Virus record (IMG/VR): IMGVR_UViG_3300027708_000019
Source of the DNA: a virus
Length of the DNA: 64,000 bases
Reading direction: 5' to 3' (one strand)
Shown here piece after piece: positions 10,331 to 19,789 of this stretch. Position 1 is the stretch's first letter. Each line of letters begins with the position of its first letter. The notes under the pieces were generated by a model. That model was not told where the DNA came from. It did not search any database and saw only the letters and a list, made by a program, of their open reading frames with translations. A program made the position numbers and the translations under genes.

Positions 10331-10745
10331 TAAATCTTTGAGCGAAGTTTTTGACATTGAAGCAGAAACTCCAAAAGGAGTTGTGAAACAACTTGTCATT
10401 AATGATGATGTGGCTAAGACTGATGTTACTAAAGTAGAATCAGATTTCGATGATGCCAGAAAAAACTTACAAATTTTACTTATGCAAGGTGAAGATGCTT
10501 TGATGGGTGCTCTTGAGGTTGCTAAGCAATCTGAGCACCCTCGTGCGTTTGAAGTTGTTGGTAATTTAATTAAACAACTGGCTGATGTAAATCAACAGTT
10601 AATGGATCTACACAAACAAAAGCAACAATTAGAAGGCACAAATGAAAGTGGCTCTAAGAAAAGTGTTACAAATAATAATGCTATATTTGTTGGTAGTACA
10701 ACTGATCTAAACAAAATGATACACAAATTGACTAAAGGAGATTGA
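10323..10745 (+). CDS. gp16: Terminase small subunit gp16-like
   Basis: DFDDARKNL...LEVAKQSEHPRAFEVVGNLIK...NNAIFVGSTTDL. Confidence 0.85.
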   Translation: MIDKSLSEVFDIEAETPKGVVKQLVINDDVAKTDVTKVESDFDDARKNLQILLMQGEDALMGALEVAKQSEHPRAFEVVGNLIKQLADVNQQLMDLHKQKQQLEGTNESGSKKSVTNNNAIFVGSTTDLNKMIHKLTKGD

Positions 10746-10746
10746 A

Positions 10747-11457
10747 ATGAAGTTGCCTGTATATAAACATCCTGTCTATACATTAACTCTACCATCAAAT
10801 GGTAAACAGATTAAGTATAGACCATTTTTAGTAAAGGATGAGAAAAATTTGTTGCTTGCGCAGCAGAGCGAAATTGAACTGAACATGATTGATACATTAA
10901 AGACAGTTGTAACTGACTGTATTTTGGATAAAAATGTTGATGTTGAGTCTATGCCAATTTTTGATTTAGAATATATCTTTACCCAACTACGTGCAAAATC
11001 AGTTGGTGAGATGGTAGAATTATTATTCACATGCAGAAATACTGAATGTGATGAGAAAACAAAAATCTCTTTCAAGATCGATCCAGTTCTTGTTAAAGAA
11101 GAAGGACATACAAACAAAATTGATTTGTTTGATGGTGTTGGTGTTGTAATGAAATATGCCAGCGTAAATTTATTACATGAAATTGCCAAATTAGATTTGA
11201 ACAATCCAGATGAGATTGTCAAATTGATTACTAAAACAATTGATTACATTTATGATTCTGAATCTGTATATCCAGCTAGTGAACAGAAAGAAGAAGATTT
11301 GATTGCATTTGTTGAGGGATTACCAAGATCCCCTACAGAAAAACTTAAGAATTTCTTTCAATCGCCACCAAAACTACAACAGAGAGTTACTTATGATTGC
11401 CCAAAATGCAGCAACCATAACGAATACGATGTAGAAGGTATTGAAAGTTTTTTCTAA
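10747..11457 (+). CDS. gp26: Baseplate hub assembly protein gp26
   Basis: LP...Y.LTLPS.GK.IKYRPFLVKDEK; FDLEYIF.QLRAKSVGE; ends EGIESFF. Confidence 0.92.
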   Translation: MKLPVYKHPVYTLTLPSNGKQIKYRPFLVKDEKNLLLAQQSEIELNMIDTLKTVVTDCILDKNVDVESMPIFDLEYIFTQLRAKSVGEMVELLFTCRNTECDEKTKISFKIDPVLVKEEGHTNKIDLFDGVGVVMKYASVNLLHEIAKLDLNNPDEIVKLITKTIDYIYDSESVYPASEQKEEDLIAFVEGLPRSPTEKLKNFFQSPPKLQQRVTYDCPKCSNHNEYDVEGIESFF

Positions 11458-11642
11458 TTTGTCTTAGCCATGAAAGTTTGGTAAATTATTATCAGATTAA
11501 CTTTGGGTTGTTACAGCACCATAAGTATTCGCTTGAAGATTTAGAAAACATGATGCCGTTTGAGCGAGAGATCTACGTTACTATGTTAATAAATTACCTA
11601 GAACAAGAAAAAGAACGAATCAAGGAAAGACTTAAAAGATGA
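11445..11642 (+). CDS. gp51: gp51 baseplate hub assembly catalyst (no upstream ATG; probably reached by -1 frameshift from gp26)
   Basis: Manual translation ...SHESLVNYYQINFGLLQHHKYSLEDLENMMPFEREIYVTMLINYLEQEKER; TGA overlaps next ATG. Confidence 0.85.
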   Translation, partial: KFFLICLSHESLVNYYQINFGLLQHHKYSLEDLENMMPFEREIYVTMLINYLEQEKERIKERLKR

Positions 11643-13501
11643 GACTAGTCTTAGATAGAATAGAAGATCAGCAGTCAGGAAGCACCAAACTAAAACAGTT
11701 TGCAGGTGACTTAGCAGACACACTCAAATCTACGTACGAAAAGAAAATACGTCCAGGTGCAATGGGTGGGATTCCTGGCGCAGGTAAGTTTAGTTCTTCA
11801 TTTCTAGGATCTCTTGGATTTACTGGTCTTGCTGAATCAGTAAAAGAAAATGCTGAAGCAAAAGAAGCCAAACGACAAGAAAAAGAAAAGTTCGTTGGCG
11901 ATTTCCAGCAATATTCTGATGCTGGTAAAACACTATCATCAAATACAGCAAGAGATGTAGCTGAATCTTTATATGATGAAATTGAAGCAAAGACAAAAGA
12001 ATTAAAGAAACTTCAAGAAGAAGCTGATAAACAAAAGAAAGCTGGATATGGAGTAGATCCAGAAAATGCAAAGAAACAAGAAGAACTACTCAAAGCAATT
12101 CAAGCAATCGATCCAAGAAATAAAGGTAAGGGAGCAAGTGACAAAGATATTCAAGCTGTTGATGCTGATAATAAAAAAATAGAAGATGGAAAGAAACAAG
12201 AAGAAATAATAAAGGCACTTGACCCAAACAAAAATCAAGGATCAAGCGACAAGAACATTCAAGCAGTTCAAGCTGATGAAGCGAAGATAGAAACTGCTGA
12301 GAAACAAAAAGAAACATTTGAAGTTAATAAAAAAGAGCAAGAAGATTTAACTGCTCTCTACACCATTACCGATGACCACTTCAAGAAACAGGATAAGTGG
12401 AATGAAGATTCCATGAAACTTCTTGAAACTATTGCTGCCAATGGAACAGGTGGCGGTGGTGGTGGAGGTGGCTTACTATCATCAGCAGCTGAGATGGCTG
12501 GTGATTTAATGGGCAATGGTAAGGGTAAAGGTGGTGGTAAATTAGGTAAGTTGGGTAAGGTAGGTAAATTCCTTACTGGAAATGCTGGTAAAATTGCTGG
12601 TGTTGGTGCTGGTTTATTATCTGTTGGTACTGCTGCTTACGAAGGATATAATGAATATAATCAAGCTGACGAACAAGTTAAGTCAGGTGAAATTACCAAA
12701 GAGCAAGGGCAAGAAAAAAAAGGTGAAGCAGTTGGTGGCGCAGTAGGTGGTGCTGCTGGTGGATGGGCAGGTGCTTCAACAGGCGCATCAGCAGGTGCTG
12801 CGATTGGAACACTGCTGTTTCCTGGAGTTGGTACTGTTATTGGTGGTGCTCTTGGTGCTGCAGCAGGTGGTGCTCTTGGATATTGGGGTGGTAAAAAAGT
12901 AGGACAAACAGTAGGTGGCGGTGCAGTAAAAGGTTATCAAGCACTTGGTGGTAATGATCCAAATTCTGGTGCAATGGAAAATGTTGATGCGATGGGCAAC
13001 CCAACTGGTATGTCTAGTGATAGTTCTCCACCATCCAACGCAGATCCTAAGAAAGATAAACTAGCAAGAGATTGGGCTTGGTCAATTATGACTGAGCAAG
13101 CAGGAGATAAAAAACCTGACGCATCTATCAAAGCACAAGTTGATACTATCATGAAAACTGATACTCAACTACAAACACAAGCAAAAGCATATCTCGAAAA
13201 TAAAAAAGCTGGTGCTAAGAAAGTTGACAAATCGCAACAAATATCCAAAGTTGAAGCACAACCAGAAAGAGTTTCACCAGATACAGGTAATGCTCTTGCT
13301 CAAAGAACTAACGAAGTTGAAGATGCTAGATCTGCTGCTCAGAACAATTCAAATATAGTAAATGCACCACAATCTAGTGTAACAAATATTACGAATAATA
13401 ATGGTGGTGGAAAAGAATCATCTAAGCCATCTGCAAGAAATGATGAAACCACTTACCAAAGATACCTAGATAGAAGATATTATCCAATGCGCGATTTTTA
13501 A
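11639..13501 (+). CDS. Tail length tape measure / gp29-like protein
   Basis: Follows gp26/51; helical K/E-rich region plus glycine-zipper segment. Confidence 0.7.
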   Translation: MRLVLDRIEDQQSGSTKLKQFAGDLADTLKSTYEKKIRPGAMGGIPGAGKFSSSFLGSLGFTGLAESVKENAEAKEAKRQEKEKFVGDFQQYSDAGKTLSSNTARDVAESLYDEIEAKTKELKKLQEEADKQKKAGYGVDPENAKKQEELLKAIQAIDPRNKGKGASDKDIQAVDADNKKIEDGKKQEEIIKALDPNKNQGSSDKNIQAVQADEAKIETAEKQKETFEVNKKEQEDLTALYTITDDHFKKQDKWNEDSMKLLETIAANGTGGGGGGGGLLSSAAEMAGDLMGNGKGKGGGKLGKLGKVGKFLTGNAGKIAGVGAGLLSVGTAAYEGYNEYNQADEQVKSGEITKEQGQEKKGEAVGGAVGGAAGGWAGASTGASAGAAIGTLLFPGVGTVIGGALGAAAGGALGYWGGKKVGQTVGGGAVKGYQALGGNDPNSGAMENVDAMGNPTGMSSDSSPPSNADPKKDKLARDWAWSIMTEQAGDKKPDASIKAQVDTIMKTDTQLQTQAKAYLENKKAGAKKVDKSQQISKVEAQPERVSPDTGNALAQRTNEVEDARSAAQNNSNIVNAPQSSVTNITNNNGGGKESSKPSARNDETTYQRYLDRRYYPMRDF

Positions 13502-13510
13502 GGAAAAATT

Positions 13511-14107
13511 ATGTTAGCTGAAATGTATTATGAACCAGACTTCTTGTCAAATGAAGAATGCCTTTATTTGATTCAACACTATAAAGAAAATGAAGATAAG
13601 TCAAAACGTGGAGCATGTGGATATCCCCCACACAGAAGAATCAATTTCTTAAAACGAATATCAAATGTATTGACAGTTGATAAAGAAGATCCAAAAATAA
13701 AAGAGATTAATGATAAAGTCTTCGATAAAATCAAACAAGTAAACGAAGATGTGTTCTTCTTTGATATTGATTATGATTACTCATCCAAACTAGATTACCC
13801 TACCATTGTGCATTATGATGGAAATGAGAAGGCATTTTGGTCAAAACAAGCGCATGTGAACTGGATTTCTAACAATATGCAGCAAAAACTCTTTGTTTCT
13901 GTTACTCTTTCTGCGCAAGAGGAATATGAGGGTGGCGATGTTATTTACTACTTTGGTAAACATCAAGATCGCCCAACACCAAAAGAACATCGTCAGCGTG
14001 GTCTACTTACAATTTTCCCATCGTTCCGAGCAACGCAAACTATGCCTGTACTCTCAGGTGTCAAATATACCTACGACTTCAGATTCGAAGGTCCATGTTG
14101 GAAATAA
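13511..14107 (+). CDS. 2OG-Fe(II) oxygenase-fold protein, degenerate active site
   Basis: FLSNEEC...EYEGGD...GLLTIFPSF...PVLSGVKY; HxD and distal His not conserved. Confidence 0.65.
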   Translation: MLAEMYYEPDFLSNEECLYLIQHYKENEDKSKRGACGYPPHRRINFLKRISNVLTVDKEDPKIKEINDKVFDKIKQVNEDVFFFDIDYDYSSKLDYPTIVHYDGNEKAFWSKQAHVNWISNNMQQKLFVSVTLSAQEEYEGGDVIYYFGKHQDRPTPKEHRQRGLLTIFPSFRATQTMPVLSGVKYTYDFRFEGPCWK

Positions 14108-14128
14108 AAAAAGGGAGCCGAAGCTCCC
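14106..14128 (-). terminator. Intrinsic terminator of gp32 with CUUCGG loop
   Basis: Minus strand GGGAGC-TTCG-GCTCCC-TTTTTTT between convergent genes. Confidence 0.9.
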
Positions 14129-14151
14129 CCAAAATTGCTCAGAGTATTTAA

Positions 14152-15066
14152 TTACTCGTTAGCAAGTTTCTGAAAATAAGATAAGTCATCTTCATCATCA
14201 GCAGTTGTAGCAGCAACACGTGGTTGTGGTGCTGGCTTGCTAACACGCTCAGGTGCAGCTGCAGCAGGACGATCTTCTTCTTCAGCCATTTGGGCAGCAG
14301 AACGAGAAGGAGCAGATTCACCGCTCAATACCATCTCCAGTTTTTTCTTCAATTCGTCATAAGACTTGAAGTTCTTACGATCTGTGAATTCAGATAACTT
14401 GTATTGCTTAGAAACAATAGCAAGTTTCTCTTCATCAGTTGGAGCAATTTCAGTTTGCTCATTGAATTGAGATTGGTCGTAGTTAGAATAACCATCAACC
14501 TTGCGCATACGTAGTTTAAAGTCTGCGCCTTCCCACAAATCAAACACGAGAACTGGCTTCTCATCTTCAAACGTAGGGTTGGCTTTGTCCATAATCTTAT
14601 CAAAGATTTTCTTACCAAACTTAAACAACTTAACAGTGCCATTGTTCTCTGGTTTAGCAGGATCGTTGATGATATAGACGTTAGCAATGTAAGATAACTT
14701 ACGTTTTTGCTTGCGAGCAATTTCTTTATTGGCTTCAGAGCCAGAATTCCACAAACGTGAATTCAACTCACCAACAGGATCGTTCTCACCGAGAGTCGTT
14801 AGACTGTTCTCGATGTACCATTTACCAGTTGGACCTTGGAAACTGTGATTGAACACACGTGCCCATGGGAACTCGTCGCCTTCTACTCGTGGGAGAAAAC
14901 GAATCGTTGCGGTAGCATTTCCTGCTTTGTCTGGAGTAAGTTTCCAGAAACGATCGTCTTCATAAGATTTGCCACCACCTTCAGATGGTTTGGCAATTTT
15001 GTCGAACTCTCCAAGGATCTTAGAAAAATCTTGGTTGCGTGACTTGCGTAATGTTTGAATATCCAT
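14152..15066 (-). CDS. gp32: Single-stranded DNA-binding protein gp32
   Basis: DDRFWK...IRFLP...HSFQGPTGKWYIENSLTTLG; acidic tail DDLSYFQKLA. Confidence 0.98.
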   Translation of the reverse strand: MDIQTLRKSRNQDFSKILGEFDKIAKPSEGGGKSYEDDRFWKLTPDKAGNATATIRFLPRVEGDEFPWARVFNHSFQGPTGKWYIENSLTTLGENDPVGELNSRLWNSGSEANKEIARKQKRKLSYIANVYIINDPAKPENNGTVKLFKFGKKIFDKIMDKANPTFEDEKPVLVFDLWEGADFKLRMRKVDGYSNYDQSQFNEQTEIAPTDEEKLAIVSKQYKLSEFTDRKNFKSYDELKKKLEMVLSGESAPSRSAAQMAEEEDRPAAAAPERVSKPAPQPRVAATTADDEDDLSYFQKLANE

Positions 15067-15141
15067 TTGTATTTCCTTTGTCGTATAAAAGTGTATTTAA
15101 ATTGTCGTATTTCACATTAGTCATGATATACAACTATTTAG

Positions 15142-15972
15142 TCATAGTATATCTGAAACTTCAGTTTCTGTCAAGTTTTTTTCTCCAATTTCTTCTTCCT
15201 TCGGCTTGGCTTGCCAGAATGGAATTTGAATAATTGGAGCATCAAGGTATCCGCTCAGTACATATTGCGTATCCTCAATTTTGTCATCCTCAAAATAAAT
15301 TTGATGGAAGTATAGTGGGTCATAAATTACCACACTATTGTATTCGAATTTCTCGTAGGCATATGGTTTCCAATTTTCATTGCCTTCGAAGTTTGTCCAT
15401 TTAACTTTTTCTGGATTCTCTTGTTGTTTATATACAGGAAAAATTGTATTAAACAATTCTTCATCACAACCTTTGATCTCATCATTGTATCTTGCGTAAA
15501 TATGCTCTGGGTCAATGACAGCTTGGAAAAACCCCATCCCCATTTTAGCATCCTTAGACAAACACAATTGTGTTGCTAATGGATATGGTGAGAACCTTGG
15601 CATATTGTTATTGTTGGTAGCAACCATATCAGTATGATAGATTCCAGAGGTATAATACCATGAAGACATCTTAGATTCAAATGAAGTAAATTCTTTAAAC
15701 AACTGAGCATATAACTTTGTCAGTGTTGGAATTTCCAGTGAACTAATCAACTGTCGATATCCAGGTGTGTTAATTTCAACATCACCACCATAGGCATTAT
15801 GTTTCTGCATAATCTCAACAAACGCATCTGGATCTTGTAAAACATTTTTAATCACATAATACTGCAAGCCAGTGTTTTTATCGGAAACAGTTTCTACTTC
15901 CAATTTCTTACTCACAGCAATTGATTCGAAATGTTTACTTCTGTCTATCAGATTGAATTTGTTCAAACTCAT
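15142..15972 (-). CDS. Hypothetical protein, oxygenase/cupin-like fold
   Basis: VIKNVLQDPD...PGYR...YNSVVIYDPLYFH pattern. Confidence 0.45.
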   Translation of the reverse strand: MSLNKFNLIDRSKHFESIAVSKKLEVETVSDKNTGLQYYVIKNVLQDPDAFVEIMQKHNAYGGDVEINTPGYRQLISSLEIPTLTKLYAQLFKEFTSFESKMSSWYYTSGIYHTDMVATNNNNMPRFSPYPLATQLCLSKDAKMGMGFFQAVIDPEHIYARYNDEIKGCDEELFNTIFPVYKQQENPEKVKWTNFEGNENWKPYAYEKFEYNSVVIYDPLYFHQIYFEDDKIEDTQYVLSGYLDAPIIQIPFWQAKPKEEEIGEKNLTETEVSDIL

Positions 15973-16123
15973 GTTCTTCCTCTTCTTCATAATCTTCCTC
16001 GTCTTCAAAGAAGACTGTATTTTGGTTTTTAGTATACTTCTTTTCTAGAATACTATTTAGACGCTTTTTAGCACCACGTCCATATTCGTCAAATGACTTT
16101 TCTTTCCTGTATGTATGACCCAT
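15935..16123 (-). CDS. Small hypothetical protein (basic N-terminus, acidic C-terminus)
   Basis: MGHTYRKEK... starts right after the gp59 stop. Confidence 0.6.
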   Translation of the reverse strand: MGHTYRKEKSFDEYGRGAKKRLNSILEKKYTKNQNTVFFEDEEDYEEEEEHEFEQIQSDRQK

Positions 16124-16124
16124 T

Positions 16125-16742
16125 TTAGAACTCTTGAATAAACTCCAAATAAATTGGTTTGACCTTTGCCTCATCAAATTTCACAAATGGTTTGGTTTTG
16201 ATGATGCGACGAATATCATCCGAGAATAGATTACCGATGGATGTTTTCCAAGTATCTAAGAACGGATGAAACTTATCCAACATCACAATTGTCTCAAGTG
16301 TTATATGGTTGCCCAGAAACATTTGAAATAAATGTGGTATGGTTGGAAACTTTGATTGAATGTCAGGTAGAAACTTAATCTCGTTTGTCTCATAATGCAA
16401 ACGAATCTTACTCAAGTCATTTTTAAAGATTTGAGTAATTGATTCTTTTCTACGATTCCACTCTTTTAAATTCTGGTCAGATTCAGAGGTGCCATAAATG
16501 ATATCAGTATTGCCCCATGCTCCATAAGCAAAGTTGGCAATTAGATATTGTGCCATCTCAGATTTTTTATCGAATTTATCCGCAAACTTTTCATATAGTG
16601 ATGATTGGTTTCGTTCGTCAAACTTTTTGTACGAAACACGAACATGATCTCGGCTGTCTGTGATATCATACTTATCAGTCATAAAGTGTAATTTCACAGC
16701 AAGATACATTCTATAAGCATTAATTGCTTTGTTACTGGACAT
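16125..16742 (-). CDS. gp59: Helicase loader gp59
   Basis: AYRMYLAVKLHF..DKYD; I.LET.V.LD; gp33-59-32 synteny. Confidence 0.9.
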   Translation of the reverse strand: MSSNKAINAYRMYLAVKLHFMTDKYDITDSRDHVRVSYKKFDERNQSSLYEKFADKFDKKSEMAQYLIANFAYGAWGNTDIIYGTSESDQNLKEWNRRKESITQIFKNDLSKIRLHYETNEIKFLPDIQSKFPTIPHLFQMFLGNHITLETIVMLDKFHPFLDTWKTSIGNLFSDDIRRIIKTKPFVKFDEAKVKPIYLEFIQEF

Positions 16743-16956
16743 CGATGTCGAGAGTGGCTGGCTTTGGGAAATAGTTGAGTTCTGTAGCATTAACTTTAAT
16801 TTTATCTTTAAGTGATTTGTTTATCAGCTTCTTAATATCTTCTGGTTCAATAAAATTTTCTTTACAATATTCTAATACAGCATCCATGTGCGAGATGCGT
16901 CTATCCTTGACTATCTGTTCAATGTAGAGAGAAAATTCTTTTGGACTATTAAACAT
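16732..16956 (-). CDS. gp33: Late transcription coactivator gp33
   Basis: FSLYIEQIV...MDAVLEYCKENFIEPE...INKSLKDKI...LNYFP. Confidence 0.93.
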   Translation of the reverse strand: MFNSPKEFSLYIEQIVKDRRISHMDAVLEYCKENFIEPEDIKKLINKSLKDKIKVNATELNYFPKPATLDIDVQ

Positions 16957-17224
16957 TCTTGTTAAGATAATATCTTGATTGTGCAACACATCGTTCAATA
17001 TCATTGTATTCCTTTAACATAATTTTATATTGCTTCCAAGAAGCACTGTCAAACTGGTCAGATTGATTCATTTCTTCTTCAAACTCATCAAGGAACAATG
17101 AGAATTGTTTATCGAGTTTCATTTTTTCTAGAACAAATGTTTGATGTACATCATCGATATTGACATTTGTGTCAGCCATATACATATATCTGTTAATGGC
17201 ATCCTTGGCTTCAATTACATTCAT
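16949..17224 (-). CDS. Hypothetical protein
   Basis: ORF packed in operon. Confidence 0.7.
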   Translation of the reverse strand: MNVIEAKDAINRYMYMADTNVNIDDVHQTFVLEKMKLDKQFSLFLDEFEEEMNQSDQFDSASWKQYKIMLKEYNDIERCVAQSRYYLNKNV

Positions 17225-17379
17225 GCTACATCTTTTCCGTTGAGATGTTCTTTTAAAAACTTCACAACTTGACTATATCTAGTAAAAACAAAAGTTTGGT
17301 CTATCAATTCGTCTTCAATGTCTTTGTTAATACTCACCACAAATCCATTGTCAACTTTTTTAATGTTAATTTCTAACAT
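17221..17379 (-). CDS. Small hypothetical protein (52 aa)
   Basis: MLEINIKKVDNGFVV...; GGAGG RBS; ATGA overlap with next gene; not in ORF track. Confidence 0.75.
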   Translation of the reverse strand: MLEINIKKVDNGFVVSINKDIEDELIDQTFVFTRYSQVVKFLKEHLNGKDVA

Positions 17380-17413
17380 ATACTTCCTCCATAATTATCA
17401 ACACGGTATTATT

Positions 17414-17442
17414 ATTATACTATAAATCGGTATTATTGTCAA
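17414..17442 (-). promoter_or_regulatory. Sigma70-type early promoter
   Basis: TTGACA-17-TATAAT. Confidence 0.85.
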
Positions 17443-18502
17443 GCATTAGATCGTCTTCTGTGATATTTAATATCGAATCAAATACAGATTCTAATGTTTG
17501 CTCACGATCGCCACTGTTACTGTGCCATACTGTCATTGTCTGCGATGATTCGAAATGCTCTTTCATTTCAGAGTAATCGATATATACTGTTTTATCTTGT
17601 TTAAATTTCGGTTTCTGTAAATAGAATTCGGAAACCATTGCGAAAGATGTATCTTGATCATTCAAAATATCTTTTGATTTATCAAACATTGGGATCAATT
17701 CTGGCCAATGATTTTTTAAGAACAGTGGCTTTAAACAGTATTCGAATATTTTATTGTATTCATCGACTGGTATTAAATTTGGTGTGTAGATTAACTCTTG
17801 CGAATTGACAAACGACAACAGTTCTTTACTCATAATAAATGAAGCAATCAACTCTGGTGTGTATAAGAAGAAATTTGAAATAGCATTTTCTTCTCTGTCA
17901 ATGAAGTATTGTTGAATTGGCGATGATGGTATTTTCCAAGAGCATTCGCTATATGTAGTACCATCTATTCCGATTGGATATCTGTTTAATTCCATGAGTT
18001 TTCCAGATACAAAAAACCCACCATGTTCAAGTCTTACTTGTTCTTGAACCCATAGATTCATCAGTTCTTGCGAAGTAACAAAACTGTATTGTTTGATTAT
18101 TGGTGCGCAAAATTCTTTAAAGAAAGTTGGCATATGAATTTTAAACAACAAGTATCTGAGTTTAAATTTCTCACAAAATTTCTTTGCTTGTTGAACATCA
18201 TCTACGTTAAGATTGTTTCCCATTGATGGAATACAAATAGTAAAATCTAATTGCGCTTCCAACATTGAGAAACAAATCACTTGCGTATCGAGACTACTGT
18301 CCCACATAACATAAAGACGTCTTTGAGTTTGCTGAGAAATAGTGTCAGCTGCAATAATACACTCTTCACGGAATGAAGAATACTCACGTTTACATGCACC
18401 GATACCAACTCGCAAGGTTTGGGATTCTTGTGATTGATTATTAAACCACTTATTGTGATCCCATCCCCAACGAAAATGATTATTCAGTGTATACTGAAAC
18501 AT
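17420..18502 (-). CDS. Adenine nucleotide alpha-hydrolase-like protein with degenerate PP-loop
   Basis: SFREEC..AA..I...LYVMWDSSLDTQ at the position of SGGxDS. Confidence 0.45.
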   Translation of the reverse strand: MFQYTLNNHFRWGWDHNKWFNNQSQESQTLRVGIGACKREYSSFREECIIAADTISQQTQRRLYVMWDSSLDTQVICFSMLEAQLDFTICIPSMGNNLNVDDVQQAKKFCEKFKLRYLLFKIHMPTFFKEFCAPIIKQYSFVTSQELMNLWVQEQVRLEHGGFFVSGKLMELNRYPIGIDGTTYSECSWKIPSSPIQQYFIDREENAISNFFLYTPELIASFIMSKELLSFVNSQELIYTPNLIPVDEYNKIFEYCLKPLFLKNHWPELIPMFDKSKDILNDQDTSFAMVSEFYLQKPKFKQDKTVYIDYSEMKEHFESSQTMTVWHSNSGDREQTLESVFDSILNITEDDLMLDNNTDL

Positions 18503-18984
18503 TATGCAGCCCTTGCGTAATCCATAACAAACTTCATTCTATCTGCAGCATATGAAGCAGCAAATGCTTTTGGTTTAACCAGAGGAACAACATTACACAT
18601 TCCCTTGATGTAACCAATCGCTTCATTGATAACGCAACTTGATCCATGCATTTCATTTGGATTAATATCTAAATGAACTTCAATATCATTTGGGATTGCT
18701 TGAGCAAGTTGTAAATAGAGATCGGCAACTTTATATACTTCGTTCATCAAACGCATACGAGGTTTGTCTTGCTTTTGATCAAAGTCTTGTTCTTTTTGAA
18801 TAGCACCAAAGATTTTACATCCATTGTTACCATTGATGTGAACAACAACAGCGAGAATATAATCAGCCATCCAGCCTTTATCAACTCGGTATCTTTCAGA
18901 GTCACAACCAATATACACTTTGGTATCTGGTCCACAGTTTTCAATAAACTCTCTCACTTCGTTGATATCAATTTCTCTTTTCAT
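18502..18984 (-). CDS. RNase H-like YkuK family protein
   Basis: VYIGCDS...RLMNEV...EVHLDINP...KPKAFAASYAAD. Confidence 0.85.
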   Translation of the reverse strand: MKREIDINEVREFIENCGPDTKVYIGCDSERYRVDKGWMADYILAVVVHINGNNGCKIFGAIQKEQDFDQKQDKPRMRLMNEVYKVADLYLQLAQAIPNDIEVHLDINPNEMHGSSCVINEAIGYIKGMCNVVPLVKPKAFAASYAADRMKFVMDYARAA

Positions 18985-18998
18985 TACTTTCTCCTAAC

Positions 18999-19083
18999 TG
19001 GTGCGAGTAGCCAGAATCGAACTGGCACGACCGAAGTCGAGAGATTTTAAGTCTCTTGTGTCTACCTATTTCACCATACTCGC
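18999..19083 (-). tRNA. tRNA-Leu(TAA)
   Basis: Cloverleaf, long variable arm, CCA. Confidence 0.95.
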
Positions 19084-19090
19084 ATTTACC

Positions 19091-19168
19091 TGGAGCACAG
19101 AGTGAGATTCGAACTCACGACTTTACGGATTTGCAATCCGTTGCATTTGACCTCTCTGCCATCTGTGC
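19091..19168 (-). tRNA. tRNA-Cys(GCA)
   Basis: Cloverleaf, loop TTGCAAA, U73-CCA. Confidence 0.95.
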
Positions 19169-19169
19169 A

Positions 19170-19703
19170 CTAATATGCCCACGCTACATACGTATACCTT
19201 ATACCCTTTGTTACTTCTGTTACACTATGTGGGTAGATAAAGGTTGATGGAAACATAATTATGTCTCCCTGCTTCATCTCTATTACTTCTTTGTTCAATA
19301 AAAATTGTCCACCATCATAGTTATCATTTAGTGCTCCCAAAAATGTTAGCACTGGAATACCATCTGTTTTATTTCTGCGTATCAGATCAAAATGTTCTGA
19401 CATCACAGTTCCAGTTTTATACTTGTTCAATCTTATATTGCTATGATTGCTTACAAGGTTTGTTAATTTTAACTCATCGTAGTATTTTTGTAAAGCAATT
19501 TGTAGATATGGTTTTAGAATATCCAAGTTTTTATTGTAAAGAACATCCAACTCTTTAGTGTGTTGTGGTTTCTTTTCATCAGCAACATTGTTATACCAGT
19601 TATGCGTTTTCCATTCTTCATCAGTATCGTACTGTTGAATTACAGTTTCACATATATCTTTGGGCACAACATTAAAAACTCTTACAAAATGTTTTACGTC
19701 CAT
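19170..19703 (-). CDS. 2OG-Fe(II) oxygenase (prolyl-hydroxylase-like)
   Basis: HFD...GG.F...FPSTFIYPHSVTEVTKGIRY intact triad. Confidence 0.9.
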   Translation of the reverse strand: MDVKHFVRVFNVVPKDICETVIQQYDTDEEWKTHNWYNNVADEKKPQHTKELDVLYNKNLDILKPYLQIALQKYYDELKLTNLVSNHSNIRLNKYKTGTVMSEHFDLIRRNKTDGIPVLTFLGALNDNYDGGQFLLNKEVIEMKQGDIIMFPSTFIYPHSVTEVTKGIRYTYVAWAY

Positions 19704-19712
19704 ACGTTTCCT

Positions 19713-19789
19713 TGGTGGGCTGAGTGGGATTCTAACCCACGATCAATCGATTATGAGTCGACTGCTTTAGGACTCTAAGCTACCAGCCC
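19713..19789 (-). tRNA. tRNA-Ile2(CAT), lysidine type (probable)
   Basis: GGGCTGG acceptor, loop CTCATAA, CCA; separate Met and fMet tRNAs are also present. Confidence 0.8.

Noticed and set aside
14349-14720. +1 ORF inside gp32
   Set aside because: Explained by the highly expressed codon bias of gp32; TTG start with no convincing RBS.
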